A stretch of 64,000 bases of DNA from Intrasporangium sp. (GTDB taxonomy: Bacteria > Actinomycetota > Actinomycetes > Actinomycetales > Dermatophilaceae): assembly GCF_030452765.1 (NCBI RefSeq), contig NZ_JAKDLO010000001.1, forward strand, positions 25,273 through 89,272, read 5' to 3'. Under the pieces are notes generated by a model. It saw only the letters and a list, made by a program, of their open reading frames with translations, ran no database searches and was not told the origin of the DNA. A program made the position numbers and the translations under genes. This document shows, one piece after another, positions 1 through 10,419 of this stretch. How positions within the stretch are numbered: the stretch's first letter is position 1; every line of letters starts with the position of its first letter.

Positions 1-408
1 GAAGGTCGTCGCCCCGGTCAGCTCGTCACCAGCCATGATCGCGTGCTGGACGGGGGCGGCGCCGCGCCACGCGGGCAGGATCGAGAAGTGCAGGTTGACC
101 CAGCCGTGGACCGGGATGTCGAGACCCGCCTGGCTGATGATGTCGCCGTAGGCGACCACTGCCACGAGATCTGGCCCGATCCGGGTCAGCTCCGCCAGGA
201 AGCCAGGGTCCTTGGCCGATCCGGGTGTCAGCACCGGGATGCCGAGCTCCCGCGCGCGCCGACGGACCGGCGAGGGCTCCAGGTGGCGGCCGCGGCCGGC
301 CGGGGCGTCCGGGCGGGTCACCACCGCTACGACCTCGTGCGACGACGCGACGAGGGCCTCGAGGCTCGGCAGGGCGACCTCGGGGGTGCCGGCGAAGACG
401 ACCCTCAC
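1..408 (-). CDS. fmt: Methionyl-tRNA formyltransferase (N-terminal part; runs off the window start)
   Basis: Manual translation from GTG at 408 gives [19 protein letters not shown]...[12 protein letters not shown]...[26 protein letters not shown]; lies directly downstream of def. Confidence 0.95.
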   Translation of the reverse strand, partial: MRVVFAGTPEVALPSLEALVASSHEVVAVVTRPDAPAGRGRHLEPSPVRRRARELGIPVLTPGSAKDPGFLAELTRIGPDLVAVVAYGDIISQAGLDIPVHGWVNLHFSILPAWRGAAPVQHAIMAGDELTGATTF

Positions 409-409
409 G

Positions 410-955
410 TCACATCCCCAGCCCGAAGGTCGAGTGCGGGCTGACCTTGACGGTCGGCGCAGGGGCGCCCGCCCACTGCGCCTCGCGGATCTCGCGCATC
501 GCCAGCCGGCGGGTCTCCCGGTCGAGCCGGTCGATGAACAGCACGCCGTCGAGATGGTCCGTCTCGTGCTGGACGCACCGCGCGAGCAGCTCGGTCCCCT
601 CGAGGAAGACCGGCTCACCCCACATGTTCTGGCCGCGCGCCACGACGCTGAGGGCCCGCTTCGTGTCATATCGCAGGCCCGGGAAGCTGAGGCACCCCTC
701 GGGCCCGTCCTGCTCCTCGGTGGACAGGTCGAGGACAGGGTTGACCAGGTGCCCGAGGATGTCGTCGACCCAGTAGGTGAACACCCGCAGCGACACCCCG
801 AGCTGCGGCGCCGCAAGCCCGACGCCCGGAGCCTCGAGCATCGTGTCCTGCAGGTCCTTGACGAGGGTGTGCAGCTCCCTGTCGAAGTCGACGACCTCGA
901 CAGCGGCAGTGCGCAGCACCGGGTCACCGAAGAGTCGGATGTCCTTGATCGACAC
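410..955 (-). CDS. def: Peptide deformylase
   Basis: Motifs [13 protein letters not shown] and HETDH; adjacent to fmt. Confidence 0.97.
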   Translation of the reverse strand: MSIKDIRLFGDPVLRTAAVEVVDFDRELHTLVKDLQDTMLEAPGVGLAAPQLGVSLRVFTYWVDDILGHLVNPVLDLSTEEQDGPEGCLSFPGLRYDTKRALSVVARGQNMWGEPVFLEGTELLARCVQHETDHLDGVLFIDRLDRETRRLAMREIREAQWAGAPAPTVKVSPHSTFGLGM

Positions 956-1021
956 GCAGACGGTCCTTGTCGGTCGGCAGCAGGGGCGGCGCGAGCCACG
1001 CGAGCGTGACTCGGCGCCAGT

Positions 1022-2275
1022 CTAGATCGCGCCGACAGCGGCGCTCTCGGGCTCCTCAACCCGGTGCCGGAGCCCGCGGACCGAGGGCGAGGCGAGCGCG
1101 GCGAGGGAGACAGCGGCATACACGACGGCGCTGACGACGAGAAGCGTCTCGTGGTCGACAACGGCAGCGAGCCAGCCGTAGAGGAAGGTCCCGACCGGGA
1201 TCGCGACGAACGAGCCGAGCGCGTCGTAGCTCGACACCCGCGAGAGGACCGAGACCGGCACGTGCTCGTGCAGGGCGGTGCTCCAGCCGACACCGAAGAC
1301 CTCGATGGCGGCGCCGCCGACGAAGAAGGCGATCGCGAGCGGGAGGATCGCCGGAGCCAGGCCGAGCATGGCGAGCGGGACCGCGACGACGGCGGTCGCG
1401 ATCATCCCGGCGCGCAGCGGATGGGTGAGACGCAGCCGCATCATGAGCAGCGTCATCAGGACGGTGCCGGCCGCCTCCGCGGACAGGACGACGCCCCAGC
1501 CGGCCTCGCCGAGCGCCGAGGTCGTGGCGGCGACGAGCGGACCCATCACGCCGATGACGCCGACGTGGATGGCGTTCGTGATGCCGAAGGTGAGCACGAC
1601 GACCCAGAGCCACTGCCGGGAGGTGAACTCGCTCCACCCCTCGCGCAGCTCGCGGATCATCGAGCTCCCTTCCTGCCTGGGCTCCTGCCGGACGAGGCGG
1701 ACCCGGGTGAGCGCGAGAACCGCGATGACGTAGGTGAACGCGTTGGCGGCCAGGGCCCAGCCGGGGCCGACCCCGACGACGAGCAGGCCGGCAACGGCCG
1801 GCCCGAGGATGCCGAGGCTGCTCCGGCTGAAGGACAGCAGCGCGTTCGCCTGCTGCAGGCGGGGCCGGTCGACGACGAGCGGGACGATACCCATCATCGC
1901 GGGCATGGTGAAGGCAGAGACGGCACCGTTGAGGCCCTCGATGATGGTGATCTGCAGCAGCGTCGCGTGCCCGGAGATGATCAGCGCGGCCGCCACGGCC
2001 TGGGTCAGGCAGGTGAGCAGGTGGGCGACCTGCAGGACCGCGATCCGCGAGAACCGGTCGGAGACGACGCCACCGAGCAGCAGGCAGGCGACCATCGCGA
2101 TGGTCCGCACACCGAGCACCTGACCGAGCGCCATCGCGGACTGGTCGATGTGCAGGACGGCGAAGGCGAGGGCGACGGGGGCCATCGCCGAGCCGGCCAT
2201 CGAGACGCTGCGTGCCGCGAAGAACCAGGCGAACCGGCGGTCGGACAGGACGCCGAGGGAGGCCGTGAGTCTCAT
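1022..2275 (-). CDS. MFS transporter (probable efflux/H+ antiporter type)
   Basis: 417 aa with about 12 hydrophobic segments and an MFS motif-A-like [10 protein letters not shown]; start overlaps the upstream regulator stop (ATGA). Confidence 0.85.
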   Translation of the reverse strand: MRLTASLGVLSDRRFAWFFAARSVSMAGSAMAPVALAFAVLHIDQSAMALGQVLGVRTIAMVACLLLGGVVSDRFSRIAVLQVAHLLTCLTQAVAAALIISGHATLLQITIIEGLNGAVSAFTMPAMMGIVPLVVDRPRLQQANALLSFSRSSLGILGPAVAGLLVVGVGPGWALAANAFTYVIAVLALTRVRLVRQEPRQEGSSMIRELREGWSEFTSRQWLWVVVLTFGITNAIHVGVIGVMGPLVAATTSALGEAGWGVVLSAEAAGTVLMTLLMMRLRLTHPLRAGMIATAVVAVPLAMLGLAPAILPLAIAFFVGGAAIEVFGVGWSTALHEHVPVSVLSRVSSYDALGSFVAIPVGTFLYGWLAAVVDHETLLVVSAVVYAAVSLAALASPSVRGLRHRVEEPESAAVGAI

Positions 2276-2814
2276 CGGGTCCCCCTGCTCGCGGTCTTCA
2301 ACGGGAACGCGGCGACGGACAGGTTGGTCCGGACCGTGCCCGGAGTCCGCGGCTGCTGCGCCTGCTCGTGGACGAGCCGGCTGGCCCGCTCGAGCAGGTC
2401 GAACGCCTCCTGCCAGACCTCGGGTCGCAGCCAGAGGTCGGCGTCGGTGAACAGCTGCCGCCCCGGCTCGCGGTCGGCGTACCGGGTGGAGATCGCGGCC
2501 GCGAGCGCCGAGACGGAGGCCTGCCGGTCCGCCTCGCTCGCGGTGCCAGCGGCATCATCTGCCGCACTGTCCCACTGGTGGCGGTACTTCTTCGCGCGGC
2601 CGCCGCGCACCCGCTCCTCGCCGGCGAGGACGATCAGGCCGGCCTCGAGCAGGAAGCGCAGGTGGTAGGACGCGTTCGCCTGGGTGATCCCCAGCTCGCG
2701 GGCCACCTCGGCTGCGCTGAGCTCTGCACCGGTCAGCAGGGACAGCATCTGCAGCCGCAACGGGTGCGCGGTCGCCCGGAGCACGTTGCGTCGGTCCTTA
2801 CCTTCCAAAGACAT
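2272..2814 (-). CDS. ArsR/SmtB-family winged-helix transcriptional regulator
   Basis: LRATAHPLRLQMLSLL...SAAEVARELGITQANASYHLRFLLEAGLI; start moved to ATG 2814 because a -35/-10 pair sits just upstream. Confidence 0.85.
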   Translation of the reverse strand: MSLEGKDRRNVLRATAHPLRLQMLSLLTGAELSAAEVARELGITQANASYHLRFLLEAGLIVLAGEERVRGGRAKKYRHQWDSAADDAAGTASEADRQASVSALAAAISTRYADREPGRQLFTDADLWLRPEVWQEAFDLLERASRLVHEQAQQPRTPGTVRTNLSVAAFPLKTASRGTR

Positions 2815-2864
2815 GTTTGGCAGTATGCCGGTCAATGCGTTTACCGTCAAGCATCTCTTTGGGA
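2803..2864 (-). promoter_or_regulatory. Leaderless sigma70-type promoter with flanking inverted repeat (putative operator)
   Basis: Minus strand TTGACG (2845-2850)-N17-CATACT (2822-2827)-N7-ATG (2814); inverted arms TTCCAAAGACAT (2803-2814) and ATCTCTTTGGGA (2853-2864). Confidence 0.7.
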
Positions 2865-2922
2865 GTTCCTCCTTCACACCGTCCTACGATCGGGCGAGCC
2901 CGTCCGCGCGGGTTGGGCTTGT

Positions 2923-4188
2923 TCAGTCGGGCAGGCGCTGCACCTCGAAGGTGAACCCGTGCCGGCGAAGCCGGTCGACCAGCAGGGCTCCCATCGCGGT
3001 CGCCGGGGTCAGGACTCCCGTACGAGCGGGCAGCCCATCGTCCTGGGCCAGGCAGAGGGCGCTCTCACCGAGCATGATGGCGGTGCCGTCGTAGCCTGGG
3101 TCGTACGGTGCTGCGACGGTCGTCCGGTAGCGAGCGCCCGTGCTGGTCGTGGCCCGGATCTCCATCCGGAAGCGCCCGGCCGCCCGCTGGGCGGCGCTCG
3201 GGCCGGTGCCCGGCTTGGGGAGGACGCGGTCGAGGAGAGCCCGCGTCGGTGCGTAGGACAGCCCCGCCAGCACCCCACCGAGGCCGACTGCCATGCCTGC
3301 CGCGAGCAGGGGCGAGAGAGGGCCCGACCCGAAGTCGACGACCTCGCGGTAGCGGAAGTCCCGGCCGTAGGACCAGTCGGTCAGGGTGTTCGACAGCCGC
3401 ACGATCCTGGCGTTGAACGAGGCCATCACGAAGGGGCCGGTCCATCGTCCGGTCGTGGCATCGCGCTCGATCGGCACCAGCCTGCTCAGCGAACCACGAA
3501 CCCCACGGGCCCGGTGCCCGCCGGACGGCGGTTCGTCGTCGCGTCGTGGGCTGAGGCCGTACGGGTCGCTGATCGTCCGCCGGGCCGCCGGGTCGGAGCG
3601 GGCCCTGATCGACTGCGCCCGTCCGGACGCGATGGTGCCCCCGGACAGCCCGCCTCGGAGGGACCGGACAGCGAGCACGGTGTCGGTCAGGGTCCCGGCG
3701 CCGTCGGCGGCAGCCTGCTGCGCCGTGACGAGTACCCCGAGGTCGGACGGTATGGAGTCGAAGCCGCACGCGTGCACGATCCGCGCGCCGGTCTCGGCCG
3801 CCCGGGCCGCGACGTGGTCGAGGGACCAGCGCACGAGCAGGACCTCGCCGGTCAGGTCGGCGTAGTGGGTGCCCATGTCGGCGCAGGCGGCGAGCACGTC
3901 ACGGCCGTGGACGGCATACGGGCCGACCGTCGTCGCGAGCACGTGCGTGCGAGCCGCGAGGTCGCGCAAGCCGGCGGGATCCTCGGCGTCGACCGCGACC
4001 AGCGGCCAGGACGCGGCGGCCGGACCGAGCCCCGCGCGCACGGCCTCGAGCCTGGTCAGGCTGCGACCCGCGAGGGCGATCCTGGCCCCGGTCTCGTCCG
4101 GTGTCGCCTGCCGGGCCAGGTGCCCGGCCGTGATCGCGCCGACGAACCCCGTCGCCCCGAACAGCACGATGTCGAGCTCTCGCGTCAT
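2923..4188 (-). CDS. Saccharopine dehydrogenase-like NAD(P)-binding oxidoreductase (trans-acting enoyl reductase-like)
   Basis: DIVLFGATGFVG Rossmann motif, TTVGPY..HG, HYADLTGE, HACGFDSIPSDLG. Confidence 0.85.
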   Translation of the reverse strand: MTRELDIVLFGATGFVGAITAGHLARQATPDETGARIALAGRSLTRLEAVRAGLGPAAASWPLVAVDAEDPAGLRDLAARTHVLATTVGPYAVHGRDVLAACADMGTHYADLTGEVLLVRWSLDHVAARAAETGARIVHACGFDSIPSDLGVLVTAQQAAADGAGTLTDTVLAVRSLRGGLSGGTIASGRAQSIRARSDPAARRTISDPYGLSPRRDDEPPSGGHRARGVRGSLSRLVPIERDATTGRWTGPFVMASFNARIVRLSNTLTDWSYGRDFRYREVVDFGSGPLSPLLAAGMAVGLGGVLAGLSYAPTRALLDRVLPKPGTGPSAAQRAAGRFRMEIRATTSTGARYRTTVAAPYDPGYDGTAIMLGESALCLAQDDGLPARTGVLTPATAMGALLVDRLRRHGFTFEVQRLPD

Positions 4189-4224
4189 GCCCCCATCGTG
4201 CCGCAGCGGAACAGTGGGCGTCTG

Positions 4225-6267
4225 CTACCAGTCGACCGGGTCGACGCGCACGGTGACGAGCTCGGACTCCTTACGCGCCGACCGAAGCGCCTTGAGGGCG
4301 ATGAGGGCACGACCCAGCTCTGCCGTGCCGGTCACGCCCGTGCGCACGAGCGCATGCCATTCATCACCGGCCCGCAGGCTCTCCCGCGACGTCCGGGACC
4401 CGGCAGGTGCCGGCATCGGGCCGAGCAGCTGTGCCCCCGTGGGGAGGTCGAGCTGGCTCAACGCCTCGCCCAGCGCCCGTCGGGTGCCCGACAGCCGGGC
4501 CATCCGAACCGCCGGTGGCAGGCCCAGCTCCCGACGATCGGCGAGCTCTCGGGCCGCCAGCCAACCGGGATCCCACCGGACGAGGGCCTCGACCGCCGGC
4601 AGGCCCGCGCCTTCGGCAACCCCACACAGCACGACGGCTCGGCCGGGGCGGACCAGAGCCGCGGCAGCGGCCCAGCGTCGGAACGACTCGCTCGCCGCGT
4701 CGAGGACGGGCAGCTCGAGACTCGCCCACGCGTCGAGGAGCAGGACCGCGGCATACCCCGCGCGGGCCACCGGCTCGGCTCCCGGGGTCGCGATGACCAG
4801 CGCCGGCTCGTCGGGCACAGCGCCGAGCACCTCGCCCGACCCCGACGTGACGACGGGCGCGCCGGGGAAGGCACGACCGATCTCCTCTGCGGTTCGGCGC
4901 GCCCCCGTCACCGTCGACCTCAGCCTCCGGGACCCGCACTCGCGGCACTCGAACCGCCCCGGAGGCAGGGCGCTGCCGCACCACCGGCAGGCCGGCTGCT
5001 GCCCCGGCCCACCGAGCGCCATCGGGCCATGGCAGCAGACGCACCGCACCGGGGCGCGGCACTCGGCGCACGTCAGCGCCGGCAGGTAGCCGCGGCGCGG
5101 CACCTGGACGAGGACCGGCCCGTCGTGCAGGGCGTCCTTGGCGGCCCGCCAGGCCCGCGACGGCAGGTGCGCTCGAGCCGCCACGCCGTCGCGCTCCTCG
5201 TCGCTGCCCTCACCTGCGACACCGACCCGCGGAGCGGCCGCGCGCACGGCGGGCGTCGGCGCCTCGACGGCGACGAAGGCGCCCGACTCGATCCTGCCCT
5301 GGAGCTCCAGGCTGCGGGCGAGGCCTCCGGCGAGCAGGGCGGCGCGGGTGTGGCGCGCCCGTGTCTCGAGCACGACGCCGACGTGATGGTAGGGCGCCCG
5401 CGGCTCGACGAGCAGGTCGTCACCGTCGTCCCACCACGCGACGAGGCCGAGGTCGTGCACCGGCGCGAAGGCGGCCGCCCGGGTGCCGATGGCGACCGGC
5501 ACGTGCCCCCTGCGCGCCTTGAGCCACGCGGTGTAGCGCGCCTGCGGTCCCTGGTCGGCCGTGAGCCTGACATGCCGACCGGGCCCGAGGACCCCGGTGA
5601 TCGCCACATCGAGTCGGTCGACGTCCCGGTGGTCCGGCACGACGAGCACCGCGCCGCGGCCGCCGGCGACAGCCGCCGCCGCGGCCGTGGCGAACGCATC
5701 CGGCCAGTCCTGACCGTCGGGCCGGCCGGGCAGGGCCGTCCATGCCGCGGCCGGGCCCTCGCCCGCAGCCACCCGTCGCAGCCAGGCCGGGCCCGCCGGG
5801 TAGGCGGCCCACGGCCCTGGCTGCAGCGCCGGACCGTTCGCGGGAGTTGACGGAGCAGGTGGAGGCGGGGGGTCAAGCGGCAGGGCGCGCTCGGCGGTGG
5901 CGTGCCGCTTGGGGATGGCCAGGCGCAGCACGTCGCTCAACGTGCCGGCATACCGGTCGGCGACGGCCCGGCACAGTGTCAGCAGCTCGGGGGTCAGGAC
6001 CGGCTCGGGGCTCACCACGCGGCGCAGCGGTGACAGGCGCCCGCCGTGGGTGGGCTCGGCGTATCGCTCGACGACGAACCCGTCGAGGTCGCGCCCCGCG
6101 AAGCGCACCCGCACCCGCGCGCCGGGCACGGCCGAGGCGAGCAGGTCGTCAGGGACGAGGTACTCGAAGCTGCGGTCGAGGTGGGCGAGCGGCGTGTCGA
6201 CGACCACGGCCGCCACGGGCAGCGCCGCGCAGCCCTCGCCGCGCGTCACCTCGCCCCGCTCGCTCAC
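4225..6267 (-). CDS. priA: Primosomal protein N' (PriA, actinobacterial type)
   Basis: N-terminal LAHLDRSFEY..VRVRFAGR 3'-DNA-binding domain, Cys clusters CAEC/CVCC/CRWC/CREC, IGTRAAAFAP; conserved position after metK. No clear Walker A motif seen. Confidence 0.92.
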   Translation of the reverse strand: MSERGEVTRGEGCAALPVAAVVVDTPLAHLDRSFEYLVPDDLLASAVPGARVRVRFAGRDLDGFVVERYAEPTHGGRLSPLRRVVSPEPVLTPELLTLCRAVADRYAGTLSDVLRLAIPKRHATAERALPLDPPPPPAPSTPANGPALQPGPWAAYPAGPAWLRRVAAGEGPAAAWTALPGRPDGQDWPDAFATAAAAAVAGGRGAVLVVPDHRDVDRLDVAITGVLGPGRHVRLTADQGPQARYTAWLKARRGHVPVAIGTRAAAFAPVHDLGLVAWWDDGDDLLVEPRAPYHHVGVVLETRARHTRAALLAGGLARSLELQGRIESGAFVAVEAPTPAVRAAAPRVGVAGEGSDEERDGVAARAHLPSRAWRAAKDALHDGPVLVQVPRRGYLPALTCAECRAPVRCVCCHGPMALGGPGQQPACRWCGSALPPGRFECRECGSRRLRSTVTGARRTAEEIGRAFPGAPVVTSGSGEVLGAVPDEPALVIATPGAEPVARAGYAAVLLLDAWASLELPVLDAASESFRRWAAAAALVRPGRAVVLCGVAEGAGLPAVEALVRWDPGWLAARELADRRELGLPPAVRMARLSGTRRALGEALSQLDLPTGAQLLGPMPAPAGSRTSRESLRAGDEWHALVRTGVTGTAELGRALIALKALRSARKESELVTVRVDPVDW

Positions 6268-6309
6268 GCGAGGAATCTAGCGCTGGGCGAGGACAGACCA
6301 GAGAGCACC

Positions 6310-7533
6310 TCATGCCCGGCCGGCGGCCTCCAGCAATGCCTCGACCCGGTCGGTGCGCTCCCACGGGAAGGCGTTCTCGACGCCGTCGGCCTTGGTGCGG
6401 CCGAAGTGTCCGTACGCCGCGGTCGGCCGGTAGATCGGGCGGAGCAGGTCCAGGGCGTCGACGATCGCGCGCGGGCGCAGGTCGAAGACCATGCCGATGG
6501 CGTCCTGGATCTTCTCGACGGGGACGGTCTCGGTGCCGAAGGTCTCGACGTAGAGCCCGACCGGTTGGGCCTTGCCGATCGCGTAGGCGACCTGCACCTC
6601 GCAGCGGCGAGCCAGTCTCGCGGCGACCACGTTCTTGGCGACCCAGCGCATCGCGTAGGCGCCGGACCGGTCGACCTTGCTCGGGTCCTTGCCGGAGAAC
6701 GCGCCGCCGCCGTGGCGGGCCATGCCGCCGTAGGTGTCGACGATGATCTTGCGCCCGGTCAGCCCGGCGTCGCCCATCGGCCCGCCGATCTCGAACCGCC
6801 CGGTCGGGTTGATGAGCGAACGGTACGACGAGACGTCGAGGTCGCTCCCCTCGTCGTGCAGCTCGGCGAGGACCGGGTCGATGACGAAGGCCTTGATGTC
6901 GGGCTCGAGCATCCCCTCGAGCGACACGTCCGGCGCGTGCTGTGTGGACAGGACGATCGTGTCCAGTCGGACCGCCTTGTCACCCTCGTAGGCGATGGTG
7001 ACCTGCGTCTTGCCGTCGGGTCGCAGATAGGCCAGCTTGTCGTTCTTGCGGACCTGCGTCAGACGCTCGGAGAGCCGGTGCGCGAGGTGGATGGGCAGCG
7101 GCATCAGCTCAGCCGTGTCTTCACACGCGTAGCCGAACATGAGGCCCTGGTCGCCGGCACCCTGCTTGTCGAGCGGGTCGACACCGCCGTGCCGCGTCTC
7201 GTGGGCCGTGTCGACGCCCTGGGCGATGTCCGGCGACTGGGCGCCGATCGAGATCGAGACGCCGCACGTTCGCCCGTCGAAGCCCTTCTCGGAACCGTCG
7301 TAGCCGACGTCGAGGATCGTGTCGCGCACGATCTTCGGGATCTCGACGTAGCCGGTCGTCGATACCTCACCGGCGACGTGGACCAGACCGGTCGTCACCA
7401 GCGTCTCGACCGCGACGCGCGCCTGCGCGTCCTCGGTGAGCATGGCGTCGAGGATCGAGTCACTGATCTGGTCGCAGATCTTGTCCGGGTGTCCCTCGGT
7501 GACGGACTCGGACGTGAACAGCCGTGCGGACAA
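6310..7533 (-). CDS. metK: S-adenosylmethionine synthetase
   Basis: [31 protein letters not shown]; TTG start at 7533 behind a GAGGAG RBS. Confidence 0.97.
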   Translation of the reverse strand: MSARLFTSESVTEGHPDKICDQISDSILDAMLTEDAQARVAVETLVTTGLVHVAGEVSTTGYVEIPKIVRDTILDVGYDGSEKGFDGRTCGVSISIGAQSPDIAQGVDTAHETRHGGVDPLDKQGAGDQGLMFGYACEDTAELMPLPIHLAHRLSERLTQVRKNDKLAYLRPDGKTQVTIAYEGDKAVRLDTIVLSTQHAPDVSLEGMLEPDIKAFVIDPVLAELHDEGSDLDVSSYRSLINPTGRFEIGGPMGDAGLTGRKIIVDTYGGMARHGGGAFSGKDPSKVDRSGAYAMRWVAKNVVAARLARRCEVQVAYAIGKAQPVGLYVETFGTETVPVEKIQDAIGMVFDLRPRAIVDALDLLRPIYRPTAAYGHFGRTKADGVENAFPWERTDRVEALLEAAGRA

Positions 7534-7594
7534 TGCTTCTCCTCGGTTCGTGCGCTCGCTCGTTCCCGCGGTCGCTACCGCGCGAGTGTATCTG

Positions 7595-8860
7595 TCAGGT
7601 GAGCAGTTCCTCGACGACGTCCAGCACGGCGGCGGCGACCACGTCCTTGCTCGCCGGGCCGACCGAGACGACCTCGGGCACGTCGCGGCGCAGCAGGTGC
7701 ACGGTGTTGTCGTCGCGCCCGAACGCCTTGTCGCGGCCGACCTCGTTGACGACCTGCAGGTCGCTGCCCTTCCTGGCGAACTTGGCCACAGCGTGGTCCA
7801 TGACCGAGCCGGTGGCATCGCCGGTCTCGGCGGCGAAGCTGACGATGACAGGACGCCTCGCGCCGTCCCGGCGCGCGACCAGGCCCCTGACGATGTCGGG
7901 GTTCTCGACGAGATCGAGCCGCAGCCCGGCATCGGGGTCGGCGCCCTTCTTGATCTTGCTCGCGCTCGCCGAGACCGGACGGAAGTCGGCGGGGGCGGCA
8001 GCCATGATCACCGCGTCCGCGTCGCGGGCCGCGGTCTCGACCGCGTCCTTCAGCTCCAGCGTGGTCTCGACGCGGACGACGGTGACCCCGGGTGGGGTCG
8101 GCAGGCTGACGTTGGCCGCGACCAGAACGACCCGCGCTCCCCGCTGGGAGGCGACCTCTGCGATGGCGAGGCCCTGCTTGCCCGAGGACCGGTTGCCGAG
8201 GTAGCGCACCGGGTCGAGCGGCTCTCGGGTGCCCCCGGCGGAGACGACGACGGTGCGGCCGGTGAGGCTCTTGTGCCCGTATGCCGCCATGCTTGCTCCC
8301 GGCGCATCCCCGGTCTGCGCCGGGTCGGCTACCCCCTCGCCGACGGCGCCGAGCGCGGCGGCATACACCTGCTCGGGCTCCGGCAGGCGCCCCTTGCCCG
8401 AGTCGGCGCCGGTCAGACGGCCCTCGGCCGGGTCGATGACGTGCGCTCCGCGCCGGCGCAGGGTCTCGACGTTGGCCTGCGTCGCGGGGTGCTCCCACAT
8501 CTCGGTGTGCATCGCCGGGGCGAAGACGACCGGGCAGCGCGCGGTCAGCAGCGTGTTGGTCAGCAGGTCGTCGGCGATGCCCGCGGCAGCCTTGGCCAGC
8601 AGGTCGGCTGTCGCCGGGACGACGACGACGAGATCGGCGCTCTGGCCGATCCGCACGTGCGGCACCTGGTGGACGTCGGTCCATACGTCGGTGCTCACCG
8701 GGCGGCCGGAGAGCGCGGCCCAGGTCGGCGCGCCGACGAAGCGCAGCGCCGCCTCGGTGGGCACGACGGTCACCTCGTGCCCGGTCTCGGTGAACCGGCG
8801 CACGAGCGAGCAGGCCTTGTAGGCCGCGATCCCACCACCGACGCCGACGACGACGCGCAT
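7595..8860 (-). CDS. coaBC: Bifunctional phosphopantothenoylcysteine decarboxylase/ligase
   Basis: [38 protein letters not shown]; interdomain linker looks longer than usual. Confidence 0.97.
   Translation of the reverse strand: MRVVVGVGGGIAAYKACSLVRRFTETGHEVTVVPTEAALRFVGAPTWAALSGRPVSTDVWTDVHQVPHVRIGQSADLVVVVPATADLLAKAAAGIADDLLTNTLLTARCPVVFAPAMHTEMWEHPATQANVETLRRRGAHVIDPAEGRLTGADSGKGRLPEPEQVYAAALGAVGEGVADPAQTGDAPGASMAAYGHKSLTGRTVVVSAGGTREPLDPVRYLGNRSSGKQGLAIAEVASQRGARVVLVAANVSLPTPPGVTVVRVETTLELKDAVETAARDADAVIMAAAPADFRPVSASASKIKKGADPDAGLRLDLVENPDIVRGLVARRDGARRPVIVSFAAETGDATGSVMDHAVAKFARKGSDLQVVNEVGRDKAFGRDDNTVHLLRRDVPEVVSVGPASKDVVAAAVLDVVEELLT
8279..8366. repeat. Branched palindrome bounded by inverted GTATGCCGCC arms, inside coaBC
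   Basis: Outer stem GTATGCCGCC/GGCGGCATAC (8279-8288/8357-8366); inner stems CCCGGCGCA/TGCGCCGGG (8298-8306/8316-8324) and GTCGGC/GCCGAC (8324-8329/8339-8344). Confidence 0.75.
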
Positions 8861-8868
8861 GGGAGCTG

Positions 8869-9132
8869 TCAGGCCTCGGTCGGCGTCGAGGTGAGCAGGC
8901 CCTCGTTGATCTCGCGCAGGGCGATCGACAGCGGCTTCTCGTGGACCTCGGCCTCGACGAGCGGGCCGACGTAGTCGAGCAGGCCCTCCTGAAGCTGCGA
9001 GTAGTACGCGTTGATCTGGCGCGCGCGCTTGGCGGCGTAGATGACCAGGGCGTACTTGGAGTCGGCGGCCTTCAGCAGGTCGTCGATCGGCGGGTTGGTG
9101 ATGCCGATGGGGTCGGCCTTGGTTCCGGACAC
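8869..9132 (-). CDS. rpoZ: RNA polymerase omega subunit
   Basis: [43 protein letters not shown]; GTG start at 9132. Confidence 0.96.
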   Translation of the reverse strand: MSGTKADPIGITNPPIDDLLKAADSKYALVIYAAKRARQINAYYSQLQEGLLDYVGPLVEAEVHEKPLSIALREINEGLLTSTPTEA

Positions 9133-9224
9133 AGGGCGTCTCGTTTCGTTTGTTCGCAGGTGCGGGGCGGATCGTCGGCTGTCCGCCCGCTGGGAAGCCC
9201 GGTGGGCACGCCGAAGCGGGAACC

Positions 9225-9983
9225 TCACCGGTCGGTGCGTCCCGATCTCATCAATGATACGAGTTCCTCGCTGGCTCGCCCAACCTCGTCGTTGACGATC
9301 ACCGCGTCGAACTCCGGTTTGGCTGCCAGCTCACGGCGCGCCGTCTCGAGGCGGCGCTCCCGTTCTGCCTGGTCCTCGGTGCCCCGTCCGACGAGCCGAC
9401 GGACCAGCTCGTCCCAGCTCGGCGGCTCCAGGAAGACGAAGAAGGCGTCCGGCATCGTGGCCCTGACCTGTCGGGCGCCCTGCAGGTCGATCTCCAGCAG
9501 GGCGTCGCGCCCCTCGGCGAGGGCCCGCTCGACCGGTCCCCGTGGCGTGCCGTACCTGGCCAGACCGTGCACGACGGCGTGCTCGAGGAACTGGCCGGCC
9601 TCGACGAGCCGGTCGAACTCTCGGTTGTCGACGAAGTGGTACTGGACCCCGTCGACCTCGCCGCGTCGCGGCGGGCGGGTGGTCATCGACACCGAGAAGA
9701 AGACGTCGGGGAAGTGCGTGCGCACGTAGGCGGCGATCGTTCCCTTGCCGGCCGCCGTCGGGCCGGCGAGGACGACGAGCCGCCCGCGTTCGGCGCTCAT
9801 GCCTTCTGGCGCGCCTCTTCCCGCCGCTGCGGGCCGCCCACGCGGAGCGTGGGACCCGCCTCGCCGGCGCTCGGTCGGGTCCTCGCGTCGGTCGGCGCTC
9901 ATGCCTTCGGTCGCGCCTCTTCCCGCCGCTGCGGGCCTCCCTCGCCGGCGCTCGGTCGGGTCCTCGCGTCGGTCGGCGCTCAT
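9225..9983 (-). CDS. gmk: Guanylate kinase (core starts at ATG 9800; in-frame ATGs at 9902 and 9983 add repeat units)
   Basis: [47 protein letters not shown]; ATG 9983 overlaps the mihF TGA. True start uncertain. Confidence 0.93.
   Translation of the reverse strand: MSADRREDPTERRRGRPAAAGRGATEGMSADRREDPTERRRGGSHAPRGRPAAAGRGAPEGMSAERGRLVVLAGPTAAGKGTIAAYVRTHFPDVFFSVSMTTRPPRRGEVDGVQYHFVDNREFDRLVEAGQFLEHAVVHGLARYGTPRGPVERALAEGRDALLEIDLQGARQVRATMPDAFFVFLEPPSWDELVRRLVGRGTEDQAERERRLETARRELAAKPEFDAVIVNDEVGRASEELVSLMRSGRTDR
9791..9983 (-). repeat. Imperfect in-frame tandem repeat (81 bp + 102 bp units), MIRU-like
   Basis: Units encode [15 protein letters not shown](GSHAPRG)RPAAAGRGA(T/P)EG and each begins ATGAGCGCCGA; the second carries a 21-bp insert with hairpin CCCACGC-GGA-GCGTGGG (9837-9853). 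Confidence 0.9.
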
Positions 9984-10297
9984 GAACGGTCGAAGCGGCG
10001 CAACAGGGCCGCGACCTGGTTGGCGCCGAGCCCGCGGACCCGTCGGGACTCGGCGATGCCGACCTGTGCCATGATCGCCCGGGCTCGCACCCGTCCCACG
10101 CCCGGCATCGACTCGAGCAGCTCGGTGACCTTCATCTTGCCGATGACCGGGTCGGCCCGGCCGTCCTCGAGGACCTCGGCCAGCGACCCGCTGGAGTACT
10201 TGAGCCGGTTCTTCACCGCCGCACGTTCCCGACGGGCGGCAGCGGCCTTCTTGAGGGCGGCTGCCCGTTGCTCGGGCGTGAGGGGGGGAAGGGCCAC
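9980..10297 (-). CDS. mihF: Actinobacterial integration host factor (mIHF)
   Basis: MALPPLTPEQRAAALKKAAAARRERA..KMKVTELLESMPGVGRVRA; located between pyrF and gmk. Confidence 0.95.
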   Translation of the reverse strand: MALPPLTPEQRAAALKKAAAARRERAAVKNRLKYSSGSLAEVLEDGRADPVIGKMKVTELLESMPGVGRVRARAIMAQVGIAESRRVRGLGANQVAALLRRFDRS

Positions 10298-10419
10298 AGC
10301 GGTTCGCTCCTCGGTCTCGACAGACGTTGCTGCCGAACCTAGCGATTCGGTCGAGGCAGTGGCAACGCGAGTGGGCTCGACGCGCAGCGGGAGTGCCGGT
10401 ATGCCGCCGGGCCGGCCCC

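Noticed and set aside
2368-5850. 1160-aa plus-strand ORF (likewise 11341..14718, 30391..33297, 39189..41234, 54916..58029, 59105..61333)
   Set aside because: These are antisense shadows of well-supported minus-strand genes. Stop codons are rare in high-GC antisense frames, and the translations are Arg/Gly/Pro-rich with no motifs.
6310-7932. Over-long starts in the ORF track (metK 7932, carA 15890, pyrR 18764, alaS 33180, oppF 34376, aspS 44910, pyrG 53532, GT4 54883, recN 61171)
   Set aside because: The extensions overlap upstream genes or promoters. Conserved N-termini and RBS or stop-start overlaps indicate the shorter starts reported.
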